From a virus, in the IMG/VR virus record IMGVR_UViG_3300037234_000551, positions 8,603 to 72,602 of that record: a DNA stretch of 64,000 nt. One strand, 5' to 3'. Shown one piece after another: positions 50,776-59,012 of the stretch. The number at the start of each line of letters is the position of its first letter. Position 1 is the stretch's first letter. Under the pieces are notes generated by a model. The model saw only the letters and a program-made list of their open reading frames with translations, did no database searches and was not told the DNA's origin. The position numbers were made by a program, and so were the translations under genes.

Positions 50776-51033
50776 ATGAAATTAGATTGTTTTTATCATT
50801 GTAGATTTTGTCAGGCCAATTTTCCTGATGTAATTGAAACTGATGAACCGCTTGAAAATATATTAACGTACCTATTTCGTTACAACTTCATGTATAAAGC
50901 CCATGAGTGTGAGAAAGGTCCTAGTAATATTGCTAAAAAAATGAAAGGGGTAATTGGAGTTGCTGACCTAACTGGACTTAGATTAGCCGAGGAAGAAGAT
51001 GCCGAATCCATTCATTCCGATAACAAAGGCTGA
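50776..51033 (+). CDS. small Cys-rich protein
   Basis: CRFC...HEC. Confidence 0.5.
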   Translation: MKLDCFYHCRFCQANFPDVIETDEPLENILTYLFRYNFMYKAHECEKGPSNIAKKMKGVIGVADLTGLRLAEEEDAESIHSDNKG

Positions 51034-51580
51034 GGATAAGTGGAACTCAAAGGCCTACTCACATAGAGCTGTTAATATGTTTATCTGCCCTCTCTGTGGT
51101 TGGGATTTAAAAATAACTGGTATACAGCAGGCTAGTGATTTTGTTCCTATTGGCGATAAAAAGATTAGATGGGCACACTACACTCTAAGATGTGGTATGT
51201 CAAATAATTGTAAATTTGAAATTAAAACCTACTTTAGAAAGTGGAAACAGAGTTATACTTCTCGTCCCATGCCAATGACGAAACTTCAGAGGCATAAAAT
51301 ACATAAAAAGATAAGGAAAAATGTTGATGCCAAATGGGAAAGTATGAATTACTATAACAAGTGTTTCTCAATGGATGTTTGTCCTGAGTGTGGAGAGAAA
51401 CTTGTAATGGCCTTAACTACTGCTGGGACTGGTTTTAGTTATATACCACAACTTAGAGTTGAATGTTCACACAACCTAATAAAAGTTGGTGAAAAAAACC
51501 ATTGTAGTTTTTTAACAACTGCAATTATTAGTTTGGAGGTTGGAGGTCTTATGTACGCAAGGTTGGCACCCAATATATAG
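50999..51580 (+). CDS. tandem zinc-ribbon protein
   Basis: ICPLCG and VCPECG repeats. Confidence 0.55.
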   Translation: MPNPFIPITKAEDKWNSKAYSHRAVNMFICPLCGWDLKITGIQQASDFVPIGDKKIRWAHYTLRCGMSNNCKFEIKTYFRKWKQSYTSRPMPMTKLQRHKIHKKIRKNVDAKWESMNYYNKCFSMDVCPECGEKLVMALTTAGTGFSYIPQLRVECSHNLIKVGEKNHCSFLTTAIISLEVGGLMYARLAPNI

Positions 51581-51581
51581 T

Positions 51582-51659
51582 ACGCACGTAGCTCAGTCTG
51601 GTTAGAGCATCGGGCTCCAAATCCGAGTGCCGGGGGTTCAAATCCCTCCGTGCGTGCCA
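51582..51659 (+). tRNA. tRNA-Trp(CCA)
   Basis: cloverleaf ACGCACG/CGTGCGT, anticodon loop CT-CCA-AA, encoded CCA. Confidence 0.92.
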
Positions 51660-51670
51660 TATGATTCTAT

Positions 51671-51744
51671 TGCCGGGTCGTCTAACGGTAGGACATAAGT
51701 CTTTGGAACTTATCATCGGGGTTCGAATCCCTGCCCGGCAGCCA
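51671..51744 (+). tRNA. tRNA-Gln(UUG)
   Basis: TGCCGGG/CCCGGCA, loop CT-TTG-GA, encoded CCA. Confidence 0.92.
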
Positions 51745-51819
51745 CACTGTGTGGCCAAGTGGTTAAGGCAACGGATTGCAAATCCGTGATCCCCGGTTCG
51801 AATCCGGGCACAGTGTCCA
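51745..51819 (+). tRNA. tRNA-Cys(GCA)
   Basis: CACTGTG/CACAGTG, loop TT-GCA-AA, U73, encoded CCA. Confidence 0.92.
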
Positions 51820-51996
51820 AAGGATCTAAAATGAAGTTGCTATTACTAATATTAAAGAGGAAAGTAAAATGGAGTTTTTGTTCTGGATGCCTAATAAAAA
51901 GATGGAAGTTCAAGAGATGGTACGGAAATGAGGAAGAGTGTCGACTCGTTTGTCAATGTCCATTCTGTGGAACCCTTAGCTATACATAGGTGAGAG

Positions 51997-52251
51997 ATGT
52001 TATGTCCTTGTGATGAATGTTTGATTTCAACAATGTGTTCAGAGGAATGCCTTGATTTATATAGATTTATAAACAAGGCAGCAAATGGACTTATGTGCTT
52101 AAAACAAGGGGAGTATATAGAAACATTACCTAATAAATTAAGACAAAGAATTGAAGATTTTAGTTATCTAGACTTTCACTATATGATACGAAAATATTCT
52201 GATTGTACTGAAGTTAGCATAGAGAGGAAAAATAAGGAGAGGGTAATATGA
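51997..52251 (+). CDS. small PCxxCLx4Cx3C-family protein
   Basis: PCDECLISTMCSEEC. Confidence 0.65.
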   Translation: MLCPCDECLISTMCSEECLDLYRFINKAANGLMCLKQGEYIETLPNKLRQRIEDFSYLDFHYMIRKYSDCTEVSIERKNKERVI

Positions 52252-52544
52252 TTTATCCTTGCAAAGATTGTCTAGTTGATCCAATGTGTTCTGATAAGTG
52301 TATTGATTATCTTGCATTTGTCAATAGCTCAGCAGATAACCTAGGTGAAATGAGTGCTGACGAAATTGCATATATAATAACGGAAGTTCCACTTGAGATA
52401 AGAAGGAAGATTCAAAAATTTGTTAGTGAGGGAGTTCGTTACGCTGAGGATGTCCAGAGGAATTTTTATAGAGGAATTGAGATACACGGTTTTCGAACAG
52501 AGGAATCAAGCGAATGCTCAACTACCCTTGTAGGAATTGCTTAG
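52248..52544 (+). CDS. small PCxxCLx4Cx3C-family protein
   Basis: PCKDCLVDPMCSDKC. Confidence 0.65.
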   Translation: MIYPCKDCLVDPMCSDKCIDYLAFVNSSADNLGEMSADEIAYIITEVPLEIRRKIQKFVSEGVRYAEDVQRNFYRGIEIHGFRTEESSECSTTLVGIA

Positions 52545-52768
52545 TAGTCATTACATGCTCAGAGGAGTGTGATGATCTTCGTAGTTTTTTAGAAAACACT
52601 GCTGATATATATTACTTATTTACACAAGACGAACTCATCTCATACAGAGAGTTGCCGAATTCTGTAAGAAGTAGAATTTTTGATATGGCCTTTGTTGATG
52701 GTAGGGCCAGTAAACAATTATACCGAAAAAGAAGGGAGGAGCTTTATGGAGAATGTGCTACTGCTTAA
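52514..52768 (+). CDS. small PCxxCLx4Cx3C-family protein
   Basis: PCRNCLVVITCSEEC. Confidence 0.65.
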   Translation: MLNYPCRNCLVVITCSEECDDLRSFLENTADIYYLFTQDELISYRELPNSVRSRIFDMAFVDGRASKQLYRKRREELYGECATA

Positions 52769-53267
52769 TGCTGACTACACTTACTTGTGTTCGGTTCGTT
52801 GGCAAAGGGCGGTATGCCTTATGATTCAGAACAAAGTTGAAGTTTTGAAGCATGGTGACCGTCAAGTTGCTAACGTTGGGCGGACCGTCGTGATCACTCT
52901 TCCTTTGATCCTACGGCTACTGAGAATGGTCCGCTCAATTTACAAGAACAAAGTCCCATTTAGACCAAAGAATGTGATAATCCGGGACAACTGGACTTGT
53001 CAGTACTGCGGTAGCACGGATAAAGGAAATTTAACAATAGATCATCTAATTCCAAAGTCACGCAACGGAAAACATAATTTTGAAAACTGTGTGGCTTCTT
53101 GTAAAGATTGCAATAACAAGAAAGGCAATAGGACTCCAAGAGAAGCAAATATGTTTATCAAGAGGCAACCCTATCAGCCTACCATTTCTGAATTTCTCAT
53201 GCTGAGAATGAAAGAATACGGAATCCATGATCTATTGAAGGAGATATGGTGTGACTGCTCAAAGTGA
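52746..53267 (+). CDS. HNH endonuclease (McrA/HNH_5-like)
   Basis: VLLLNADY, RDNWTCQYCG, TIDHLIPKSRNG...NCVASC..CNNKKG.RTP. Confidence 0.88.
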   Translation: MENVLLLNADYTYLCSVRWQRAVCLMIQNKVEVLKHGDRQVANVGRTVVITLPLILRLLRMVRSIYKNKVPFRPKNVIIRDNWTCQYCGSTDKGNLTIDHLIPKSRNGKHNFENCVASCKDCNNKKGNRTPREANMFIKRQPYQPTISEFLMLRMKEYGIHDLLKEIWCDCSK

Positions 53268-53404
53268 ATGGAAAGCGATGCATGAACTAAGTTGGTTAGG
53301 TAGAATGTGGAGAAAGGTACAACTTTACTTCACAGGTCATTGGACGCTCTGTGATGAATGTAGGCGATTTAGTCCTCAACTGTATTGTCCATGGTGTTAA
53401 ACGT

Positions 53405-53596
53405 CTTGGTGGCGATGTGGCGGCAACACATCTGCGTCTCAAAGACCTCAGACGCAACAGTCCTAAGTAGGTTAAAACTGAAAGGGCGGTTACCTCAAAC
53501 AACAGGGTAACGACAAATTAGTAGATCCCCTGCTCGGGAAGAGTGAGGCACTACTAGAAATGGTTTACCGTGTCGGCGAAAATCCGGCCCACCAAG
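53405..53596 (+). ncRNA. candidate structured ncRNA
   Basis: closing stem CTTGGTGG/CCACCAAG enclosing about five hairpins. Confidence 0.5.
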
Positions 53597-53892
53597 TTAA
53601 ATATCTTGGCCGAGCGTGACCCAGCACGTCCGGGAGCTCTGACTGGACTATATTCAACTCCCGGGTCAATTTTAAGGAGAGGAAAAGTGAAGAAGGAGAA
53701 ATTTATGGACTGCCTGTCGACTGCCTTTGGATATGGAATTCAGCAACGAAGCAGTAGAAATGAGAGTGTTGCCACTATCATAGCTTGGTGTGGTTATGCT
53801 AAGCTACCGAAGCCTCATACAAAAGCAATTTATGAAGCTTATAAGGCAGGACGTTGTGAGAAAAGTGCAAGAGTGGGCAAAATGGAGGACTT

Positions 53893-54330
53893 ATGAGTAA
53901 GCTGAGAGAGAGAGAGGATGTTATGAGTATTGAGAGATGGAGAGAATTAGCCGAAAGGGGAACATCTGGGGATATGGTTTATGGTATTCTCAGAGATTGG
54001 AAAGAAGAAGTTAAACAATTACAACAGTGGGTAGATGATCTTCAGTCTGAGATGTACATTAACTGTGTGTATTGTGGTCATCGCTATGGTCCACAGGATG
54101 AAGTGCCTGCTACTATGGCAGAAGCACTGAAAGAACATATTGAAATATGTGAAAAACATCCAATGATGAAGATAAGGATTGACAACGCTGAACTAGCAAG
54201 TAAGTTACTTCATAGGGAGAAGGAAGTAGAACCTCTAAGAGAGAATGTAAGAGGACTCTTTGAGATTATTGAGCTACTTAAAGAGCAGATAAAGGAGCTC
54301 CAAGATGGCAAAACTAATGATAGTAGTTGA
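53893..54330 (+). CDS. hypothetical protein with CVYC...H...C zinc finger and coiled coil
   Basis: GGAGG RBS; motifs. Confidence 0.6.
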   Translation: MSKLREREDVMSIERWRELAERGTSGDMVYGILRDWKEEVKQLQQWVDDLQSEMYINCVYCGHRYGPQDEVPATMAEALKEHIEICEKHPMMKIRIDNAELASKLLHREKEVEPLRENVRGLFEIIELLKEQIKELQDGKTNDSS

Positions 54331-54528
54331 TGTACCTGAAGTCTCATATAATAAACTACGAAGAGCAATGTTAGAACATCGAGATATTGGTGGAGTTTCT
54401 TTTGAAAAGAAAGGTACTGTTACTATTAGTAGTTATATAATAGAAGAGGCTCGACAGAAAGATATTCCGGCCTATGATCCATCAACACTTTATGAGTTTG
54501 GAATAATAGGAGTGAGACCTTAGTTAGA

Positions 54529-54608
54529 GTGTCGGTGGCCCGAATTGGTAAAGGGCGCAGGGTTGTGGCCCCTGTTGAGCGTGGGTTCGATTCCCACCCG
54601 ACACCCCA
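54529..54608 (+). tRNA. tRNA-His(GUG)
   Basis: GTGTCGG/CCGACAC, loop TT-GTG-GC, C73, encoded CCA; position -1 is A. Confidence 0.88.
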
Positions 54609-54621
54609 TGAAAGGATATCA

Positions 54622-54900
54622 ATGCATGAACTACAAGATTGTGTGAAATATTTGCGTAAGAGCATTCATAATGCTCATATGATTAAAGTTATACCTATTG
54701 TTGTGGTACTGGATGCCGATGGAGAATTGATACATAATCACATGGAGCATCCAGAACCAATTACTAGACCTCAACTTATAAAAATTTTGGCCAACTTACA
54801 TGAACAAGTTGCTAAAGATTATAATAATCTAAAAAAGACAGCAGCAGATCCAAAGGAAGCAGAAAGAATTCTACATTGTTTAAGTGGACCAATCCCATAG
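54622..54900 (+). CDS. hypothetical protein whose 3' end overlaps the first array unit
   Basis: AAGGA RBS, ATG 54622. Confidence 0.55.
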   Translation: MHELQDCVKYLRKSIHNAHMIKVIPIVVVLDADGELIHNHMEHPEPITRPQLIKILANLHEQVAKDYNNLKKTAADPKEAERILHCLSGPIP

Positions 54901-56264
54901 AGCAACCCAAACACAACGAGTGAACCAGCCCATGAGAGCAATCCAAACACAGAGAGTGAACCAGTTTGAGTTAGTAAACCAATGACGAAGAGTGAACCTT
55001 CTACCATCAGAAAACCATACGATGAGAGTGAACCAAGTGAAGAGGAGAAATCCATTGGGACAGAGTGAACCAACAGTCCATAGAAACCTAGATAGTAAAG
55101 TGAACCAATGCTATCCAGTTAACCTGAGCGGAGGAAGTGAACCAGAAGTCCGCAGTAACCAACGAACATGAGTGAACCACGAACACGAAATAAACCAGCC
55201 GAGATTAGTGAACCAGAGTATGTCAGAATCCAACAAAAGAAAGTGAACCAGTCTGTATAAGATAACCTATAGAAACTAGTGAACCAGTATGGTAAAGAAA
55301 TCCTTTGCGGTCAAGTGAACCATGGAGCCCGAGTAACCCGGTGATCATGTAGTGAACCACGGGATGCCAGTAAACCACTCCTTTTCAGTGAACCTGTACC
55401 ATTAATGAAACCATCCATGGCAAGTGCACCAGAAACGAATTAGAACCCCATATACATAAAGTGAACCATCAATTGAAAATAAATCCGAACACTCTTAGTG
55501 AACCAACTCGGTGTAGTAACCCCGATGGCCAAAGTGAACCCAAGACGGTGCAGCAATCCAGACGGTCAGAGTGAACCAGAGGTGCAAAAAAATCAACTAT
55601 GCAAAGTGAACCCAGCTCGATTAGAAACCCAATTGAGGTAAGTGAACCACAAGCTGCAAGCAACCCTCCGGAATGTAGTGAACCGATGTAGTATAGCAAA
55701 CCAAAGTAGTATAAGTGAACCATTCGATGAAAGTAACCCATTGTAAAACAGTGAACCATGCCACAACAGAAATCCAACCCAGAAAAGTGAACCATTTAAT
55801 GAAGAGAAAAACCAATCAAGGTAAGTGAACCACCGTGATTTAGAAAACCTGTGGATCCAAAGTGAACCTTTATGAACAAGAAAACCAATGTTGTTTAGTG
55901 AACCAACAGTGTCCAGTAATCCACCGAAGAAGAGTGAACCATCATGTTTTAGACAACCACTACGACTAAGTGAACCAACAGGGAGCAATAATTCAGCGAC
56001 CCGAAGTGAACCAAATCATTACAGAAAATCAAGAGGCATAAGTGAACCATAAGAAACAAGACAACCGGTCATAGGGAGTGAACCACCATGATTCAGAATA
56101 CCTGGAATCCAGAGTGAACCACAGTATGTCAGAAAACCACCAAGACTGAGTGAACCATCTCTGTAGAGAAATCCAATGAACACCAGTGAACCAGCGAATC
56201 CGAGAAATCCAGAGGATGATAGTGAACCATGTAGAACAAGAAACCCTTGAAAACCTAGTGAAGG
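54883..56264 (+). repeat. TIGR-like dual-repeat, dual-spacer array (38 units, ~36 nt)
   Basis: unit = AGTGAACC-N~10-AGHAAHCC-N~10; 39 edge repeats counted from 54883 to 56257, spacing 35-38 nt (mostly 36); spacers variable. Confidence 0.88.
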
Positions 56265-56271
56265 GGAGCCA

Positions 56272-56481
56272 ATGGCAACGATTATACAAATTGAAAAAGA
56301 AAGATTTGATGAGTTATTTCAACACACATTAGATGTATTGGGCCTAGATAGGTTTAAACATGGACGAAGTAAGACAAGTGGAAGAGACGATGCTGTATTT
56401 GAGAATTCTCCTGTTGGAGAAATGCATCGAATGTTTCACTATGAAGTGTGTAAATTAAAAGGTAAACTTGAAAAGGCCTAG
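56272..56481 (+). CDS. hypothetical protein
   Basis: RBS GGGGAG overlaps the degenerate last array repeat. Confidence 0.55.
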   Translation: MATIIQIEKERFDELFQHTLDVLGLDRFKHGRSKTSGRDDAVFENSPVGEMHRMFHYEVCKLKGKLEKA

Positions 56482-56492
56482 GAGGATGTTAT

Positions 56493-56984
56493 ATGAAAAT
56501 AGATTATAAGGTGAAGTGTAATTGTGGTAATAATTTAATTATCACAGATGCAACGATTAATCATGCGAAGGGAGAAATATCATTTTTCGTTCACGATCAT
56601 GAATGTGAAAATCCCTTTATAAAAGTTCTTGAGTCAGGGAAACAAGTAAAAATGACAGTTGAGAAGTGTCAATGTCCCACTGGACAACACGAAGCACGTG
56701 GACGGTCTATTGACGTACCTGTTATTGAGGACACCCTAACTCTTAAAGCAGTTAGAGTAATTCATTGTACACACTGCAAAATCAACTATGTCAGGGACGA
56801 TTATCTAGAGCAACTTGAACGACGGTTTACCCGGGCGGGTATACCTACAAACAAAACTTTTCTGTGGGGAATGATTTCTAAGGGTTTGGACTATTGGGAA
56901 AAGAAATTTGGCACTAAATACGAAACTAAGGAGGAGGGCGGACATGGCGGAGCAGCAGGAGAAGAAGGAGATGATGATAATTGA
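56493..56984 (+). CDS. Cys-rich double zinc-ribbon hypothetical protein
   Basis: CNCG...HEC and CQC...CTHC. Confidence 0.55.
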   Translation: MKIDYKVKCNCGNNLIITDATINHAKGEISFFVHDHECENPFIKVLESGKQVKMTVEKCQCPTGQHEARGRSIDVPVIEDTLTLKAVRVIHCTHCKINYVRDDYLEQLERRFTRAGIPTNKTFLWGMISKGLDYWEKKFGTKYETKEEGGHGGAAGEEGDDDN

Positions 56985-57495
56985 GGGCATGAAGAGGTTG
57001 CGAGTCATCAAAAAGAGAATGGCGCACAATATTGAAAGCGTCAACAAGTACGCTGCCATTGTCTCAAATGAGCGACCTATGTTTGGCTCTGAGGATGAAC
57101 AGAAGAAGGAAGTCAAACAGATAATTCAATCTAACCTTGATTTGCTCAATGAGTATCTCAAGTTAAAAAAGCGAATTGAAAGAACAAATTTACAAACTGT
57201 GGTCGAGATTGGTGGAGTGGACTATACAATTAGCGACCTGCTGATTCTCAAGAGAGAGTTGGTTCAACTCGTTGTACAGACTTATGATGCCTTGAATACC
57301 AGCCAAGCACAGATGAAACTCAATGCTATGTCAAGGCAGCATCATGTCGCTGGTCAGCAGGGTGAAAGTTTACGAATCGACCATATGTTTGATGAAAAGG
57401 AGAAGAACAAAGAGTTGAGGAAATGGCAAGATCTCTATGATAATATTGATAGTCGTCTAGAGGTCATAAATGCTACAACCACATTAATGGATTAA
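56944..57495 (+). CDS. DIP1984/DUF6847-like helical coiled-coil protein
   Basis: KRIERTN..TVV.I.G...TISDLL..K and IDSRLEVINATTTL resemble the family consensus as recalled. Confidence 0.6.
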   Translation: MAEQQEKKEMMIIEGMKRLRVIKKRMAHNIESVNKYAAIVSNERPMFGSEDEQKKEVKQIIQSNLDLLNEYLKLKKRIERTNLQTVVEIGGVDYTISDLLILKRELVQLVVQTYDALNTSQAQMKLNAMSRQHHVAGQQGESLRIDHMFDEKEKNKELRKWQDLYDNIDSRLEVINATTTLMD

Positions 57496-57789
57496 AAGGA
57501 GTTTGGGCTTCGGTGGCGTAATCTAGGTAGTATGAGAGCGTACGTCTAAAACGTCATTTAGACAACAGCATATAAGCTGAGACTATTCCTGTCAAGACTC
57601 AAGACTTAGTCTACCGTCCTATTAAGGAGTAGACTTTCATGACTAACTCAGCGTCCCACTGAGGGTAAACCTTGGGATCTTCAAGACTCAAGATAACAAG
57701 ACTAAAGAGTATGAAAAATCCGGATTAAACAGTGCTGCCTCCTCTCAGGCAGACCAGCACTACCGGCTGCTATAGGGAGCCCTCCTTTT
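57494..57789 (+). ncRNA. candidate structured ncRNA with CAAGAC repeats
   Basis: ends pair (AAAAGGAG..GGGCTTC / GGAGCC-CTCCTTTT); internal hairpins; two tandem TCAAGAC clusters. Confidence 0.55.
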
Positions 57790-57843
57790 ATTTCAAATTT
57801 TAGAATTTAGAATACTCAACAAAATCAAGGACTTAGGAGTCAA

Positions 57844-58113
57844 ATGCCTACCTACAAAATTGCCTGTACATGGCAAGTCTATGGCGAGTTAGATATTGAT
57901 GCACCTACCTTAGATAAAGCAATTGAAATAGCCGAAGATGGAGATACCTCCCTGCCAGTTGAATCAGATTATGTAGATAGTTCGTTTGAAGTTGACATTC
58001 AAATGACTGAAGAATTGAATAATTTGCACATATTAGAAATATGGCAGGAAGAAGAGAGAATGAGAAAGGAGAAAGAGAATGAGCGAACCGAGTCCATTTC
58101 AACTAATGATTGA
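57844..58113 (+). CDS. hypothetical acidic protein
   Basis: AGGAG RBS. Confidence 0.55.
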   Translation: MPTYKIACTWQVYGELDIDAPTLDKAIEIAEDGDTSLPVESDYVDSSFEVDIQMTEELNNLHILEIWQEEERMRKEKENERTESISTND

Positions 58114-58249
58114 TCCAGAAAAATATGGATTTACTCAGTGCGGTCATTGTAATGGTTATGGAAGTTCTTTGAAAGAGGATTCTGATAGATGTACTCAATG
58201 TGAGGGTCTCGGATTAGTACCAATGAAGAAGGGAGAAAAAAGTGGCTAA
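58079..58249 (+). CDS. small DnaJ-type zinc-finger protein (56 aa, absent from ORF track)
   Basis: CGHCNGYG...CTQCEGLG; AAGGAG RBS. Confidence 0.55.
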   Translation: MSEPSPFQLMIDPEKYGFTQCGHCNGYGSSLKEDSDRCTQCEGLGLVPMKKGEKSG

Positions 58250-59012
58250 AGAATTCGTGGGATTTCCAGATTGGGGATTTATTCAAGATATATACAGAGA
58301 ACCTCCTGGAGATCAAAATTATAACACCTTGAAGCTAAAGAGATGCACTGAGCAGCTTTATAAGTGGTATGATCAATTTCCTGAGTGTTCAACGTGTGCT
58401 CTTGATCAACAAGATCCAATTCCTGATTGCTATAAAGAATGTAGATATAAGAAAAAACCAGTTGGGGTAAAAGGAGGACCTATACAAATAATTGAAACTA
58501 GAAGAAGGTTTCCGCCAGGTTATGATACTCCTTATGGAACTATACTGATTCCTAGGGGTATGCTTTACTTTAACTATGAAAATGATCTCCCATTTTGGTT
58601 CAGATGTGGAAACGGTAATGGTTTTCACTTCCATCACAAAAATGGAATATCTTACGATGATCGTGCTGAAAATCGTTGTATAACGGATATCCATGGGCTA
58701 ATCCATGGTTCACAAAGAACCATTAAAGCAGGCACAAACTTTTCTAATCTGCTCTTCGAAAATGAAAAGATTGATGAAAGCGAGAGGGAAAGATTAGTTG
58801 GCTATTTTGATAAACTTATGTCTAGATTTCAGGATCAACAAGATAGCCCACGACTCTGGATTTTTATCCATGATATGAAAGCTGCAGTTGGTGCTTATGA
58901 AGTATATGGTGAAATTCCTAGCGTGTTAGTTGATGCTATCCTTTCTCACATGCCAGAAAGTGTAGTTGCTAATTTGACGAAGAGAGGAGTGGATCTCAAA
59001 TATGGATTGTAA
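58242..59012 (+). CDS. HNH-motif-containing protein
   Basis: FHHKNGISYDDRAEN...H...H. Confidence 0.55.
   Translation: MAKEFVGFPDWGFIQDIYREPPGDQNYNTLKLKRCTEQLYKWYDQFPECSTCALDQQDPIPDCYKECRYKKKPVGVKGGPIQIIETRRRFPPGYDTPYGTILIPRGMLYFNYENDLPFWFRCGNGNGFHFHHKNGISYDDRAENRCITDIHGLIHGSQRTIKAGTNFSNLLFENEKIDESERERLVGYFDKLMSRFQDQQDSPRLWIFIHDMKAAVGAYEVYGEIPSVLVDAILSHMPESVVANLTKRGVDLKYGL

Noticed and set aside
51549-51989. ORFs overlapping the tRNA cluster (also 49803..50165 and the 5' part of 54529..54900)
   Set aside because: They are shadows of tRNA genes.
53405-53600. RNase P RNA or tmRNA
   Set aside because: No GAGGAAAGUCC-type RNase P motif and no tRNA-like tmRNA termini were seen; kept only as an unclassified ncRNA candidate.
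54883-56264. CRISPR array
   Set aside because: Conserved blocks are only 8 nt, alternate between two types, and flank ~10-nt spacers. This does not fit CRISPR dimensions, and there are no cas genes in the window.
54819-56289. Minus-strand ORFs with 12-aa GSL...GLL periodicity (repeat protein)
   Set aside because: These are by-products of the 36-nt array (GGTTCACT reads as GSL). Units of 35, 37 and 38 nt break the frame repeatedly, and the strand opposes all neighbouring genes.
58242-59012. TasH-like (HNH-Nop) effector for the array
   Set aside because: An HNH-like motif is present but I cannot recognise a Nop domain. This needs structure prediction, so it is not claimed.
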